From: Eledone cirrhosa
Taxonomy: Eukaryota
NCBI GenBank assembly: GCA_964016885.1
Contig: OZ024745.1
Location: forward strand, 105,772,001 to 105,836,000
Direction of reading: 5' to 3'
Length of the DNA stretch: 64,000 nucleotides
The translations under genes were made by a program, and so were the position numbers. Under the pieces are notes generated by a model that worked only from the letters and a program-made list of their open reading frames with translations, ran no database searches and had not been told where the DNA came from. Below are positions 1 through 13,100 of the stretch, one piece after another. Position 1 is the first letter of the stretch. Each line of letters starts with the position of its first letter.

Positions 1-409
1 ATCTGCTCTTCAATAATCCAAAGACAATGAGCCCTCCCACCCAACATCCACCTCTTTTTATAACGATTTACTCATACATCAGTCCCCCCCCCCCCCACTG
101 TTATGTCCAATCTGTATTGTTATTCCAACCTATGTACATAATAGTGTCTATTATTCACTTCACTTCTCTATTTCATGATGTGCTTTTACTGTTGTCAAAA
201 ATATTTATACCTAGACTGGATTTCTGTTGTTACATGGGATAACGGATGACACCGAGCTCACATATTAATTATTTCGCTGGAATAGTGCCTAAGGTTTTCA
301 TGTTTACATAAAGTACGTTTTTCTTCTATGTATTTAAATTTACTTGGTTTAGTTTAATGAGCTACATCGAAAGGTACTTGAACCGTTCAAAGGACGGGTA
401 CTTTAGCTA

Positions 410-445
<36 letters not shown>

Positions 446-446
446 G

Positions 447-722
<276 letters not shown>

Positions 723-815
723 TATTATACATTAAATTTAGCTCTGTAACTTACATAGAGCACTCTTCACTCCTATGACTTTTTCAATTTTCAACGGAAA
801 CTTCAATACTTATAT

Positions 816-891
<76 letters not shown>

Positions 892-920
892 TTACATATA
901 TACATATATATATATATATA

Positions 921-2380
921 CTAGCAGGGGTGCTCGGCAATACCCAGGTTTATTGCGCAAGTAACAATATATTTTGGCACATACTACAAAGTATTGGCCC
1001 ATAAATTAGTATCACTGTTTATGTTCACTGAAGTGGGAAATACAAGAGAATGTCCAACGCAAGGCACCAAGATAAACTGTTATTTATTTTGTCAATGTTG
1101 TTGCTTGCCAAATGCGTGAGAAGTGGTAGACCATCTATTAAATGGCAGCAGATCCTGACTTTTAATAAGATCAACATAAGCAAACATCTAATGTTCTTCC
1201 AGCTTCAAAAGATGTCATTTGAAAGGCAGATTTTTTTTATATCTCTTGAAATGTGGTGCTTCTGGATTATTCTGGAAGGGCAGGTTCCTGAGAAATTCAT
1301 GAGGCTTTTTTTTTTATTGTAGGGAGATAAAAGTGAGCAGCAGAGACTGTTTGGCACCACAATGGTCACAACATTTGTTCATTTTCCTTATGATTTGCGG
1401 ATAGCTGCTGTAGTCGTTTGGGGGATCACGCAAGAAGGACCAATTCACTCATTCTTATTTTATATGGCTTGTGCTTCTGCTTGTACTGTAGAACAGCGTA
1501 CTTAATAATCATGTCCCCTATTTTGCTGGAGTTTCTCAGTTTGTTGTTCTCACTCAACAATAATCATGTATCTATTTTGATCTAAACACTAATGTCTGTC
1601 TACTACTAATTCATGTGTTCGCGTTAAAGTATTTTGCTTCCTGTTAACAGCTAGATGTGTCTGTCGAACATCTTCATTCTCTTTATGTCACTGTGCTTTC
1701 AGCTTCCAGGACCTTCCTTGTAATAATCTATAATATTTCGGAGGCAGTGTAAGTTATATTACACATTACACTTGTTCCAACATAGAAACTATTATAAAAT
1801 ATATTGGAGGTTCACTCAGTAATGTTTTTGCAACAAAGTATTTATCAGAATACACATTATGCATACGCAATCTTCCATTTTGTAAATGCGTGCTTATCTT
1901 CTCACTCTAACACATTTCCACTTAATTTAAAAAATCTCATTAAAGATTTTCTCTCTTCTTTTTCTCCCTCTTTCATTAATATGTATCTATCACTTATTCT
2001 ATTTCCCCATGTCTAAGATATTCACACTTATATTCCTTTCTCTCTCCCTCTCTCTATCTTTCACTCTTTCTCTGTCTCTCTATTTCCCCTATCTCTTTGT
2101 TTTTTACTCGTCCACCTTTTCTCATATCCTGTCAATTTCTCTTCCACTCTTTCATTCTATCAAAGGGAGACAATTTGAAAGCAAAACGGCCAGATTGATT
2201 TTTCTTTATGAATATGGTAATATAGATAGAATTGAATTTAATATAAATTAATGTTTTATACATGAAAATAAATGTTATCATTACTGGTCGGGTGAAATAA
2301 GGAACAAAAATAATATTTTTATAGGAGTTCGTTCTCCAATTGGTTAGTACAACCCGGAGACGCACACATACACATTATAT
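921..2380 (-). mobile_element. Decayed Helitron (non-autonomous derivative with RepHel N-terminal remnants)
   Basis: Minus-strand 3' end CCTGGGTATTGCCGAGCACCCCTGCTAG|T (hairpin plus CTAG) at 921-949. Minus-strand peptides IGKMNKCCDHCGAK (~1350-1390) and KKSAFQMTSFEAG (~1195-1240) resemble Helitron motifs CxxC and YNSAFQMTSFGA. 5' boundary approximate. Confidence 0.7.
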
Positions 2381-2410
2381 ATATAACTTTTGTCTGGAGT
2401 AACCATCGCC

Positions 2411-2528
2411 CAGGGTGGTAAATCCCGCCGAGGTTAACTTTGCCTTTCATCCTTACGGGGTCGATAAAATAAAGTACCAGTAATGTGGTGGGTGATTGCT
2501 GGCCTTGTGCCTAAAGTAGAAACAATTA
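2411..2528 (+). mobile_element. SINE, 5'-truncated
   Basis: AAATCCCGCCGAGGTTAACTTTGCCTTTCATCCTTACGGGGTCGATAAAATAAAGTACC core and GGCCTTGTGCCTAAAGTAGAAACAATT tail shared with full copies. Confidence 0.85.
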
Positions 2529-2561
2529 TATATATATACATGCTTTATATATATATATATG

Positions 2562-2665
<104 letters not shown>

Positions 2666-2769
2666 CCCACTCTACTACCCTAAGTATTGAGTACTTTGGT
2701 GCGTTATGGTCCACCTGGTTCCTTACCACATTTCTTCCGTTATATATATATATATATATATATACATGC

Positions 2770-2930
2770 ATCGGACACCATGCTTTGCAGCATAGAGTTA
2801 CGGTCCTTTATGGTCTGAGTTCGAATCCCGCCGAGGTTCACTCTGCCTTTCATGCTTACGGGGTCGATAAAATAAAGTACCAATAATGCACTGGGTAATT
2901 GTTGGCCTTGTGCCAAAAGTATAAACAATT
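2770..2930 (+). mobile_element. SINE, 5'-truncated
   Basis: B-box-like GAGTTCGAATCCC, same core and tail as 12913-13100. Confidence 0.85.
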
Positions 2931-2942
2931 ATATATATATAC

Positions 2943-3034
<92 letters not shown>

Positions 3035-3089
3035 ATATATATATATAAAACATGTATATATATATATATATATATATATAATGTGTATG

Positions 3090-3162
<73 letters not shown>

Positions 3163-3165
<3 letters not shown>

Positions 3166-3357
3166 CGAAGGAAATGTGGTAAGAAACCAGGTGGACCATA
3201 ACGCACCAAAGTACTCAATACTTAGGGTAGTAGAGTGGGTAATAGGAACAAGTAAGACCCCGACGGCTGAGCTCAAGCCGTTTCGACGGCTAATTCTGTT
3301 CAGTCCTGAATTAGCCGTCGAAACGGCTTGAGCTCAGCCGTCGGGGTCTTACTTGTT

Positions 3358-3362
<5 letters not shown>
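3163..3362. mobile_element. Fold-back short element: ~120-bp hairpin of two HHR 3' halves plus ~80-bp tail
   Basis: 3242-3362 is a near-perfect palindrome. Related copies at 2662-2742 (tail only), 16129-16262, 20871-21064, 29979-30150, 37765-37935, 37959-38100 and 60269-60402, all next to (TA)n. Confidence 0.85.
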
Positions 3363-3408
<46 letters not shown>

Positions 3409-3735
3409 TATCCAGTTTGTATGGAAACACCACCTTTTAGATTTTATTTCTCTAAGAGTGCATTTCTGAATAGAGATGAGATATCCACCAATCGAAATAG
3501 TTTCTCTTGCAATAAATTACTTCGCACAGTGTATTCTCCCAGAAGTGCTTCATAGCAGAAGGACAGACAAAAAAATCTGAATTAGTAATTTTAAGAAAGG
3601 AATAGTTATATGGACTGGCGTGTATTGAATAATAATATTTTAAATATAAATAATTTAATAACGGAACATTATTGAAATGGTACCCCAGGGATTTGCATAT
3701 GCATAAATTCGTATCCTGGAGAGACAGTGACTGAC

Positions 3736-3789
<54 letters not shown>

Positions 3790-3997
3790 GATATTAATAA
3801 ATGGAAACTATATTTATAAAACCATATTTATTTCATTATACATATTTCAGGGATACCAAATTAAATTATGGTATGCCTTCAGAAGACAAAATACAATATA
3901 TAACAGTTTTACAAATAAGCTTTGACGTACCCTTTTAAAATGCGACCATTATTTTTGGAGGCCATCTGGAGGCCATCCAGATGGCCTCCAAAAATAA

Positions 3998-4160
3998 TGG
4001 TTTTTCTCACAGATGTGAGAAACCGGTAAAGGAACCAAATATATATATATTTAAAATAAAAAGACTCCATTTACATTTTCGATTTCATCTTTTTTCCTTA
4101 TACTTTCACTCGTTTAGGACACCTCGGTTATTTTTCATTTTGTAAAAGAAAGCTCACTTT

Positions 4161-4163
<3 letters not shown>
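3998..4163 (+). repeat. pLTR-like short repeat; inverted copy at 5647-5795 and partial copy at 5836-5940
   Basis: Direct sequence match; contains GAAA-CCGG-TA-AAGG; 3' end abuts (TA)n. Confidence 0.75.
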
Positions 4164-4221
<58 letters not shown>

Positions 4222-4579
4222 GATATATATATAGAGAGATATAGATATATGTGTGTGTGCGTGTGTACGTATGTATATATGTGTGTGTTTACAAACATTT
4301 GGCACACGCACACACATATATGGACGTATGTGTGTGTGTATCTTTGTACGCACCTTCAGACATACATATATGCATGTATGTATGTCTATAGGTGTGGGCG
4401 TAGTTGTCTGTGACTTCGCGTTTTTCCGCTCGAGGTTTATGCAAAAAAAATGAAGAAGCCTCGAGAAAGTGTGTGTGTATACAAAGATGCAAACACACAT
4501 ATTCTATTAGCCTTATTCCTAGTTCTTTCTATTCTATTCCAAAGTTTGCTCCTATACAAGGGGCAGGTCCCATTTGTGT

Positions 4580-5165
4580 CAGGGTTAATAGAATAAACTC
4601 ATGGTATGATAGCAATAAATACCAGAGTGTAATGTTCATCGATACAACCCCTAGAGGAATATTAGCTTACAAATTTAGAAGGGCCCTAGATAAACATAAA
4701 CTCAATATTAAGATAGTAGAAAAACTAGGTACCTCCATAAAAACACTTATTAGCAATACATACCCTTTTCAAAGACCTCCCTGTATAGATAAGAAATGTA
4801 TAATCTGTAAATTAAGCCCCCATATTAACTGTAAAACTAGAAATGTAGTATATAGCATAAGATGTACTGAAGGACAATGTAGAGATAAAAATATAGTGTA
4901 AATAGGTGAGACAGTTCGTAGTATAGGGGAACGGATAAATGAACACTGGCGAGATCTTCAAGATAGTAAAGAATCATCTGTACTCTACCAACATGCTAAA
5001 ATAGAACATAAGGGTAAATTAGAGAACATAGAAATAAAAATAAAATCTACACACAGAAAAGACGCAATGTTTAGACAAATTACAGAGGCAATAAACATAA
5101 ATGAACTCGAACCAAAATTAAATAGAAAACATGAATGGAACAGCAACATCACAACTTACTATTAA
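4580..5165 (+). pseudogene. Penelope-like element C-terminal linker plus GIY-YIG endonuclease, 5'-truncated, Neptune-like Cys linker
   Basis: VMFIDTTP...IKIVEKLG...PFQRPPCIDKKCIICK...NCKTRNVVYSIRC...IV*IGETVRSIGERINEH...LYQHAKIEH...RQITEAINI...PKLNRKHEW. A single in-frame TAA at 4899-4901 replaces the Tyr of YIG; the frame continues to TAA 5163-5165. Confidence 0.9.
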
Positions 5166-5562
5166 GGACAAAATGAAAATACACACGCACATAGAACAAA
5201 CAACCAACCAGTAACATGTAAATAAACAAATAAATAAACGAATATTAACACACACAGAGACCCGGATGTAACATATGCGCAAACTAAGCCCACAACACAC
5301 ACACAAAAACAAGCTGGCGTAGGACAGAACAAAGGAGAGGCACAAAAACAAAGAAAATAATCCCCAGTCACTGAAGAGGTCACAGAATGTATGACGAAAG
5401 AACTTTGACAATATATAAACAATCATCAGGTTGTGGAACCAACCAATCAACCGGAAATTTATAAATTCCTAAATTTATAAATTTATTATAATAAATTGAA
5501 GTGAAACATATGGTGCGTGTGTTTCTTATTGGCAACATGACCCTCCCAAAGTATAACAATAT
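5130..5562 (+). mobile_element. Penelope-like 3' pLTR region; second copy at 34537-34953
   Basis: Follows the GIY-YIG frame; ~420 bp alignable by eye with 34537-34953; contains an HHR motif. Confidence 0.85.
5367..5409 (+). ncRNA. Minimal type I hammerhead ribozyme motif in pLTR
   Basis: GTCA-CTGAAGA-GGTCACAGAATGTATGAC-GAAA-GAAC-TT-TGAC. Confidence 0.7.
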
Positions 5563-5617
5563 CGGTTTCAACACACGTTTTCAGATAAAGAATCTTGCTA
5601 ACAAATTCAAAAACGAA

Positions 5618-5651
<34 letters not shown>

Positions 5652-5777
5652 GTGAGGTTTCTTTTACAAAATGAAAAATAACCGAGGTGTCCTACACGAG
5701 TGAAAGTATGAGGAAAAAAGATGAAATCGAAAATGCAAATGGAGTCTTTTAAAAAAAATATATATATTTATTTGGTT

Positions 5778-5814
5778 CCTTTACCGGTTTCTCAGTTCTT
5801 CTGCTTTTCAAAGG
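5778..5814 (-). ncRNA. Hammerhead motif, U3-A8 core variant
   Basis: CCT-TTGAAAA-GCAG AAGAA CTGA-GAAA-CCGG-TA-AAGG; the 10.1/11.1 pair is mismatched. Confidence 0.5.
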
Positions 5815-7322
5815 TAGAATTGAGATGGAGGGTTTGTGGTTTTTCTCACAGATGTGAGAAACAGGGAAAGGAACAAATAAATATATATTTAAAAAAAAAA
5901 GACTCCATTTGCATTTTCAATTTCAGCTTTTTTCCTTATATATATATATAAATATATATATATATAAATATATAAATATATATATATATAAATATATATA
6001 TATATAAATATATATATATATGTATATGAATATATGTGTATATGTCTATGTATATATATGTGTGTGTATATAAAGAAAGCGTTTGTCGTTAGAAACATTA
6101 GGAACATTTGGAATGTGTGCCTGTAACAATCATCGGTCACTATAGGTAATATTTGATAACAAAGTGGCTGACTCAAGGAATATTGGGAATATTTTGACAT
6201 GTATGAATCTTAACGCAAAAGACTATAATAATAGTTGATGTAATGAGGTAGCGTTTATGTCAACCACATTTTTACACCTTCAGCGATAAGCTTAAAATGA
6301 TGGACTTGGTGATCAGTAGCTCTTTATCGTATAGTTTAATGTATTTGTAATTCTATGTCTGTAATCACTAATCCAGTTGTCCACCTTTTGACTGACTATA
6401 TCTTCGCTTCTGACCGGTACGGCTTAGGCTTTGCCCTCCTTGACATCGATCAACCTATATCCATCATTTAAAAAAATGCCTACTTTACTTCACACAACCA
6501 GACCTATACCCCCCCCCCCCAAAAAAAAAAAATTAGTATCCAGTCTCTCAGGGACGCGAGGTTGTACGTGATGGCCAGTAACTCTATTGATATCGTTGTT
6601 CTCCGAAGATAGATACGTTGGAAAATATACATATGGAGTGACTAGTAAGAAATATATAGATAGGATTAGTAAGTAATATATAGATAGATAGGTAGGTAAG
6701 GTCAGTAAATAGATATGTAGATATGTAGTTAGCTAAATAGATATAGATAGATAAATAAATGATATATAGTTATATTAGCAGGCAGGTAGATAGTTAAATA
6801 GATTGATATCTGGTAGAGAGACGTATAGATAGAGAGATGTAGATAGAACGGTAGATAGATAGTTATATAGCCAAACAGAGTTAGATACATAGATGATGTA
6901 TTTGTTGTCAAAGGTAATCAGATACATATGTAGGTAGCTATGGATTGCTACTGCATAGCCAATGAATACCTTTTCATCATTATAATTGTGTATTGCAGTG
7001 TATATTTACTATACATATCTGCGATAGAACTCCACAAATGAGTAGAATTTAACTACGATTCATTTGAAGGAAAAGCATTGTTTTTCATTTTGTAAGCATG
7101 GAATGTTAAGACGTTTGGCTGTTTACCCAACATCATGGAGTAAAAGAAATATCTGTCATTCAGACATTTTAAAAAATCAACAACATTGCTGTGTACTAAT
7201 CATAACACATAGTTTTAAAAGCGTCAAACAATAAGAAAATAAGAATTAAATGAATACAAGGAAACATGAAAAAAACAAAAAAACATGATCATTTTAATAA
7301 CGTTGGTAATAGTTACTAATTC

Positions 7323-7656
7323 AGGCACAGAACCCGCCAATCTCACACCAGCCGGCATAAGACCCGCTAATCTCACACCGGCCGGCACAAGACCCGCTAA
7401 TCTCACACCAGCCGGCACAAGACCCACCAATCTCACACCGGCCGGCACAAGACCCACCAATCTCACACCGGCCGGCACAAGACCCGCCAATCTCACACCA
7501 GCCGGCACAAGACCCACCAATCTCACACCGGCCGGCACAAGACCCACCAATCTCACACCGGCCGGCACAAGACCCGCCAATCTCACACCGGCCGGCACAA
7601 GACCCACCAATCTCACACCGGCCGGCACAAGACCCGCCAATCTCACACCAGCCGGC
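7323..7656. repeat. GC-rich minisatellite, 30-bp unit x ~11
   Basis: GCCGGCACAAGACCC(G/A)CCAATCTCACACC(A/G) tandem units. Confidence 0.95.
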
Positions 7657-8722
7657 CGCCTTTTATATTATTTCGTGAGAAAATCTATTTAGTATTTTTT
7701 GGTACAGCATCTAACAATATACTTTTGCTGTACATGTGTATTAAGTTTACTTCTCGCCCACGTTGTTTTTAGGTGTCCTCTTTCGAAGTTCAATTATATA
7801 ATTACAGGGTCGATAGAATCGTCTAAAAATTCTTTGTAGGCAGTGTTACATCAGCATGGATACTGTCCAATAAAAGAAATTATATGTTTGATATCCTAAG
7901 AGACTAATGTTTCAGTATGCTATTTGATTGAAGCTATTTCTAGTATTCTCTGTAGATATACATGTAGCATAGATACGTCGTGTCACTTTTTCACTTTCAG
8001 TTGCCAATTCAATTTTTCATCATATTTTATGAGTTTATGACTCATTCGACTGTATTTCCTTATTCTATTTACATTTGAAATGTTTATAGTTAGATGTTCC
8101 TTTCAAATATGGAGATTATTACGTTTAGAATATTAGGAAAATCGGTAATAGGAGCTCTAAACATGTTTCTGATTATTTGGCCTTCCTTTGCAAATTCTAT
8201 ATTCTTCAGATACACTGTCTTCAGTTAACATGCTGCCTGTATCTCTTTGTACTTCTACTACCCAAGTTTATATCACCATTTCTTAAATATGTCTTACCTT
8301 GGATCTTTAAATCCTGAAGGAGTAAGTAGAAGCATCGTAAGGAACATATAAACAGGCGGGGATTAACTTTCTGAAGGTCTCACCACAAAAGAAAATCTTA
8401 TCTAGAGAGAGAGGTGAGGGGACGGAATTGTTCATACTGGACTGTGCATTATCGTTTTAAATATGGTTAAGAGAGAAGTCAATCCTTGCGGGTTTTGAAC
8501 TCATGGCACAGAGATTTGAAACGGATACGCCAAGAAAACCTATCGAACGTGGAAACGGCTCTGCCAATACACGAGCCTACGTCACACACGCACACGTACA
8601 CATAGGAGTAGACACATTTACACTCACACACATTCACACTTAAACATACGTCTGTCTAAATATTTGAATAACAACTCATACGCAGTTAAACCACCTCTCA
8701 TTTTTATTCTTCCCCTCTCTCT

Positions 8723-9669
<947 letters not shown>

Positions 9670-10914
9670 ATCTTTATTTCCTTTTTCTCTCTATCCATCT
9701 TTCTCTTTCCCTGACAGCTCTATATAGATACTTTGATTGATGTTGGCATACTGACCCCACCAGACTGTCCTTATGAGACAATGAAAGCGGCCAGTAAGTG
9801 TTACAAACACTATGAGTAAATATTTATTATTTCGTTTCGAGCAAAGATTCCCCATAAAATTTCTGACATTTGTGTCAAATCGAAAGAAAGAAATATTTTT
9901 CTAAAGAATGACATTTAAGCTTTCCAATTTGAAACAAGTGTAAATAGTGTGATTTTTACAATTCTTTTCTTTAGTATGTCGATTTATTTTCTGAGTTCAA
10001 ATTACTCTGAACTGAACTTTACTTTTCGTCCAACCGGGGTGGACAAAATAAGTAACAGTCAAATATTTGCTTCAATATAATTGACTATTTCTTGCCCAAA
10101 ATTAATGGATTCGTACGGAAATTAGAGATTATACAATTCTTTCTTATATCTGTTTGTGCTGATATTTAAAATTCCTCTGAGATCAACTTTACATTTCATC
10201 CTTCCCCGATCGATAAAATAAAGTGGCAGTTAAGTTCAGAGGTCGACATAATGAACTGTTCGTTCCCATCCGCTCAAAATTGAAATATTGTGCTTATGTT
10301 AGAAATCATAGCATTCCTGCCTCTACCATTGATGTTTGTTTGGGTAAAGATGTGTTTAGCCGTATTACTGTATTGTTTTATTTTATACTTGTAGAACAGT
10401 GGGATCGTAGAATCCTAAAACGAGACTAGTTTCTTAGTAACATTTCATTGTGCCATTCCACGTTCTGAATTGAAATCCTGGCCTGGGTCGATTTTATCTT
10501 TCATCATTCTTCCTGTGTTGACAAAATAAAAATTTGTCAGTTAGATCGATTTATTCGACTGTCTCTCCCCAGATTTCTGGGTTTGTGTCTATTGAATAAG
10601 TAAAATAATCATTTACTTATTCAATAAACAAAATAATGAAAAAATAATGACATTATATAAACATAATTGAACACTATCTAATAAAAACAATGCTCACTCT
10701 TACAAGTTTAAAAAATGAAACGGAGAAAAAGAAAGATTGAAAGATTCTCTTGGAATTATCGTTTTGTACATTCCTGTTCCTTTTGTTTTGTTTGTATTGT
10801 TTTTCTTATTCAAATCTTTTATTCTGACCACCAAGTTGATGCAACAACGCATTAAGGTGATCCAGCCTCTGGGGACGGGGGTGAAATAGAGTAGGTTCAG
10901 GACAGCCCCCTGCC

Positions 10915-11600
10915 CCTTTCCGAAGGTTGATCCTATTGGAAGCTTTCGATCAATCCAAGTCGATCAGAGCATCCAGGTTAACTCTCTACCGTCTCTACGA
11001 TGAATAACATGAATTGGAGTTTGTCCACATATCTGGCCGAGATTGCGCTCGTTTGCACCTTCCCTATCACTCACGTCGATTCAAGTAGGATCTCCCTTGC
11101 TATCACCTTAGAAAACATCTTAAAATTTGCCTTGCGCAGGTTTATAGGAAATATTCAAGTATGTTCTCTTTGAGTGCGTCCATCCTTAGCGCTACCACTC
11201 TCTGACTTATAGAACTGGGAAATCTCCGTTTTGCTGCTAGTTGAGTTGACCTTTGCCAGGACATTGGTGAATATACCTGGCATATCTACGTAAAGTTCGA
11301 AGTACAGACCATCCAAACTGGGTCTTCTAAGCCTGGTACAAGCACTGAAAAGTATCCATATTTCAACGGCTGTTATCGGTTTTCCGCAGCACTCAGAACC
11401 CTTCACTCTGCCACCACTTGCCCCAAACAGTCCTGCTGGATAGCTGCATAAACCTGCTTGGAATCGAGTAGCATAGCACACACCCTCTTTAGTCTCTCAA
11501 TGATCTAATTGTGGATTTGTTTCTATACTGTTTCCGCCACTCGAGCCCAGAAATTGTCTTTCGTTCACTTCTGTCTTATAGCACGTTCCTTAGAAATAAA
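10915..11600 (-). pseudogene. Decayed L1/Tx1-clade LINE reverse transcriptase fragment
   Basis: RRPSLDGLYFELY (cf. KSPGxDGLxxEFY), FPINLRKANFKMFSKVIA (cf. RPITLLNxDxKILAKVLA), VQTSAISAR, ALIDLD*SKASNRIN (cf. LDQxKAFDRVD); stops and frameshifts. Confidence 0.8.
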
Positions 11601-12912
11601 CCTCCAATCTAATAAAGAAATAACCATTAACATTCTTTGAATTTGTAGAGGTCTACGCCCGTAGGAATGGACATGATAAAATGTAAATAAGAAAGAATAT
11701 TTCAGTTCAAAATTTTATGTTTTGCAAATACCAGACAAATATGCTTCATATATATTTATGCTTTGCTATATATACATATGCGTGTGAAAATAAACGAGCA
11801 ACAAACATAAAACAGACACAGACACACATACAGACACACACGCACACACACACACACACACATACATAGACTCAAACACACACATACACACACACACACA
11901 GACTCACATGGCATAATATATATATATATATATACAAACAAATAAAGATTGATAGTGAGATAGAGATGGAGAGTAAGGGAGAGAGAGCTACATTGATCGA
12001 TATTGATTAATTAATTTATTTATTCCCGTATTCACTAAATTGTCCAAGGTAATTTTCCACAGAAGATGTCGCAAAGATTGGATCCTTTTTGTTGTTCAGA
12101 TCTCACATTTCCTGATGTAATATGGATATATAATTGCTTTGTATATTTTAAGCAGGGTTAATACTCTCACATAGCATGGTTTCATGAGGCAGTTAACAAT
12201 AGACAGTATCATATCGTAATGACTGTATAGTTACACTGTTGTTGAGATACTACTCAATCATAGTATAACTATGCTCTCATTAGTAATACGACGCTTCACT
12301 TAATAACGTTTTAACAAAAGTCATTTCATCAAATGTCTTTTCTTTGAAACGATGTCTGGCGAAATGGTTCTTTTATCGAATAACTTTTAATCGAAACTGT
12401 TCATAGAATAATTTTATGAAAATATTGTTTCATAGAATATGTTTAACTATTGAAACATGTGAAACTAGACGACATTTAATGATGTAAAAACAAGACCGAA
12501 TTTAAATAGACAAACATGCAGCTAAAAGACGATATTACATGACACAAATAAATAAAATAATATTCTCTGAAGTAATATATATACAGAGCACTTCTATGAC
12601 ATATAATGTCTATAAAAGGTCATTATAATGTAATTGATTATGTCTAGTACAGAGAAAATAGTCGGTGGTGGGCGTGAAAACAAGACTGAGTTTAAATAAA
12701 CAAGAATTCACGTGAAAGAAGATATTACTTGTAGCAAAAACCCCCCCAAAAACCCCCCAAAAAACCCCAAAAAAAAACAACTACACTACTATTCTACAAA
12801 TTGATATTTCTGTGAAATTATTCCATGAAAGTCGATTCGATAGAAAGTCATTTTGATAAAAAACATACGTTCGAATAAAATTCGTGTCACAGTATTCAAT
12901 ATTTACATTGTG

Positions 12913-13100
12913 GGCGATGGATTGGCAGTATCGGTAGAGGGTCGGACGTCATGCTTTGCAGCAAAGAGTTACGGCCCTTTATGGCCTGGGTTCAAATCCC
13001 GCCGAGGTTAACTTTGACTTTCATCCTTCCAGGGTCAATAAAATAAAGTACCAGTAATTCACTGGGATAATTGCTGGCCATGTGCCAAAAGTAGAAACAA
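12913..13100 (+). mobile_element. Full-length tRNA-derived SINE with 16-bp TSD
   Basis: A-box-like TGGCAGTATCGG, B-box GGTTCAAATCCC, Nin/Deu-like core; AATATTTACATTGTGG at 12898-12913 and 13100-13115. Confidence 0.9.

Noticed and set aside
12913-13005. tRNA gene
   Set aside because: A/B boxes belong to a SINE head; no cloverleaf; continues into SINE core with TSD.
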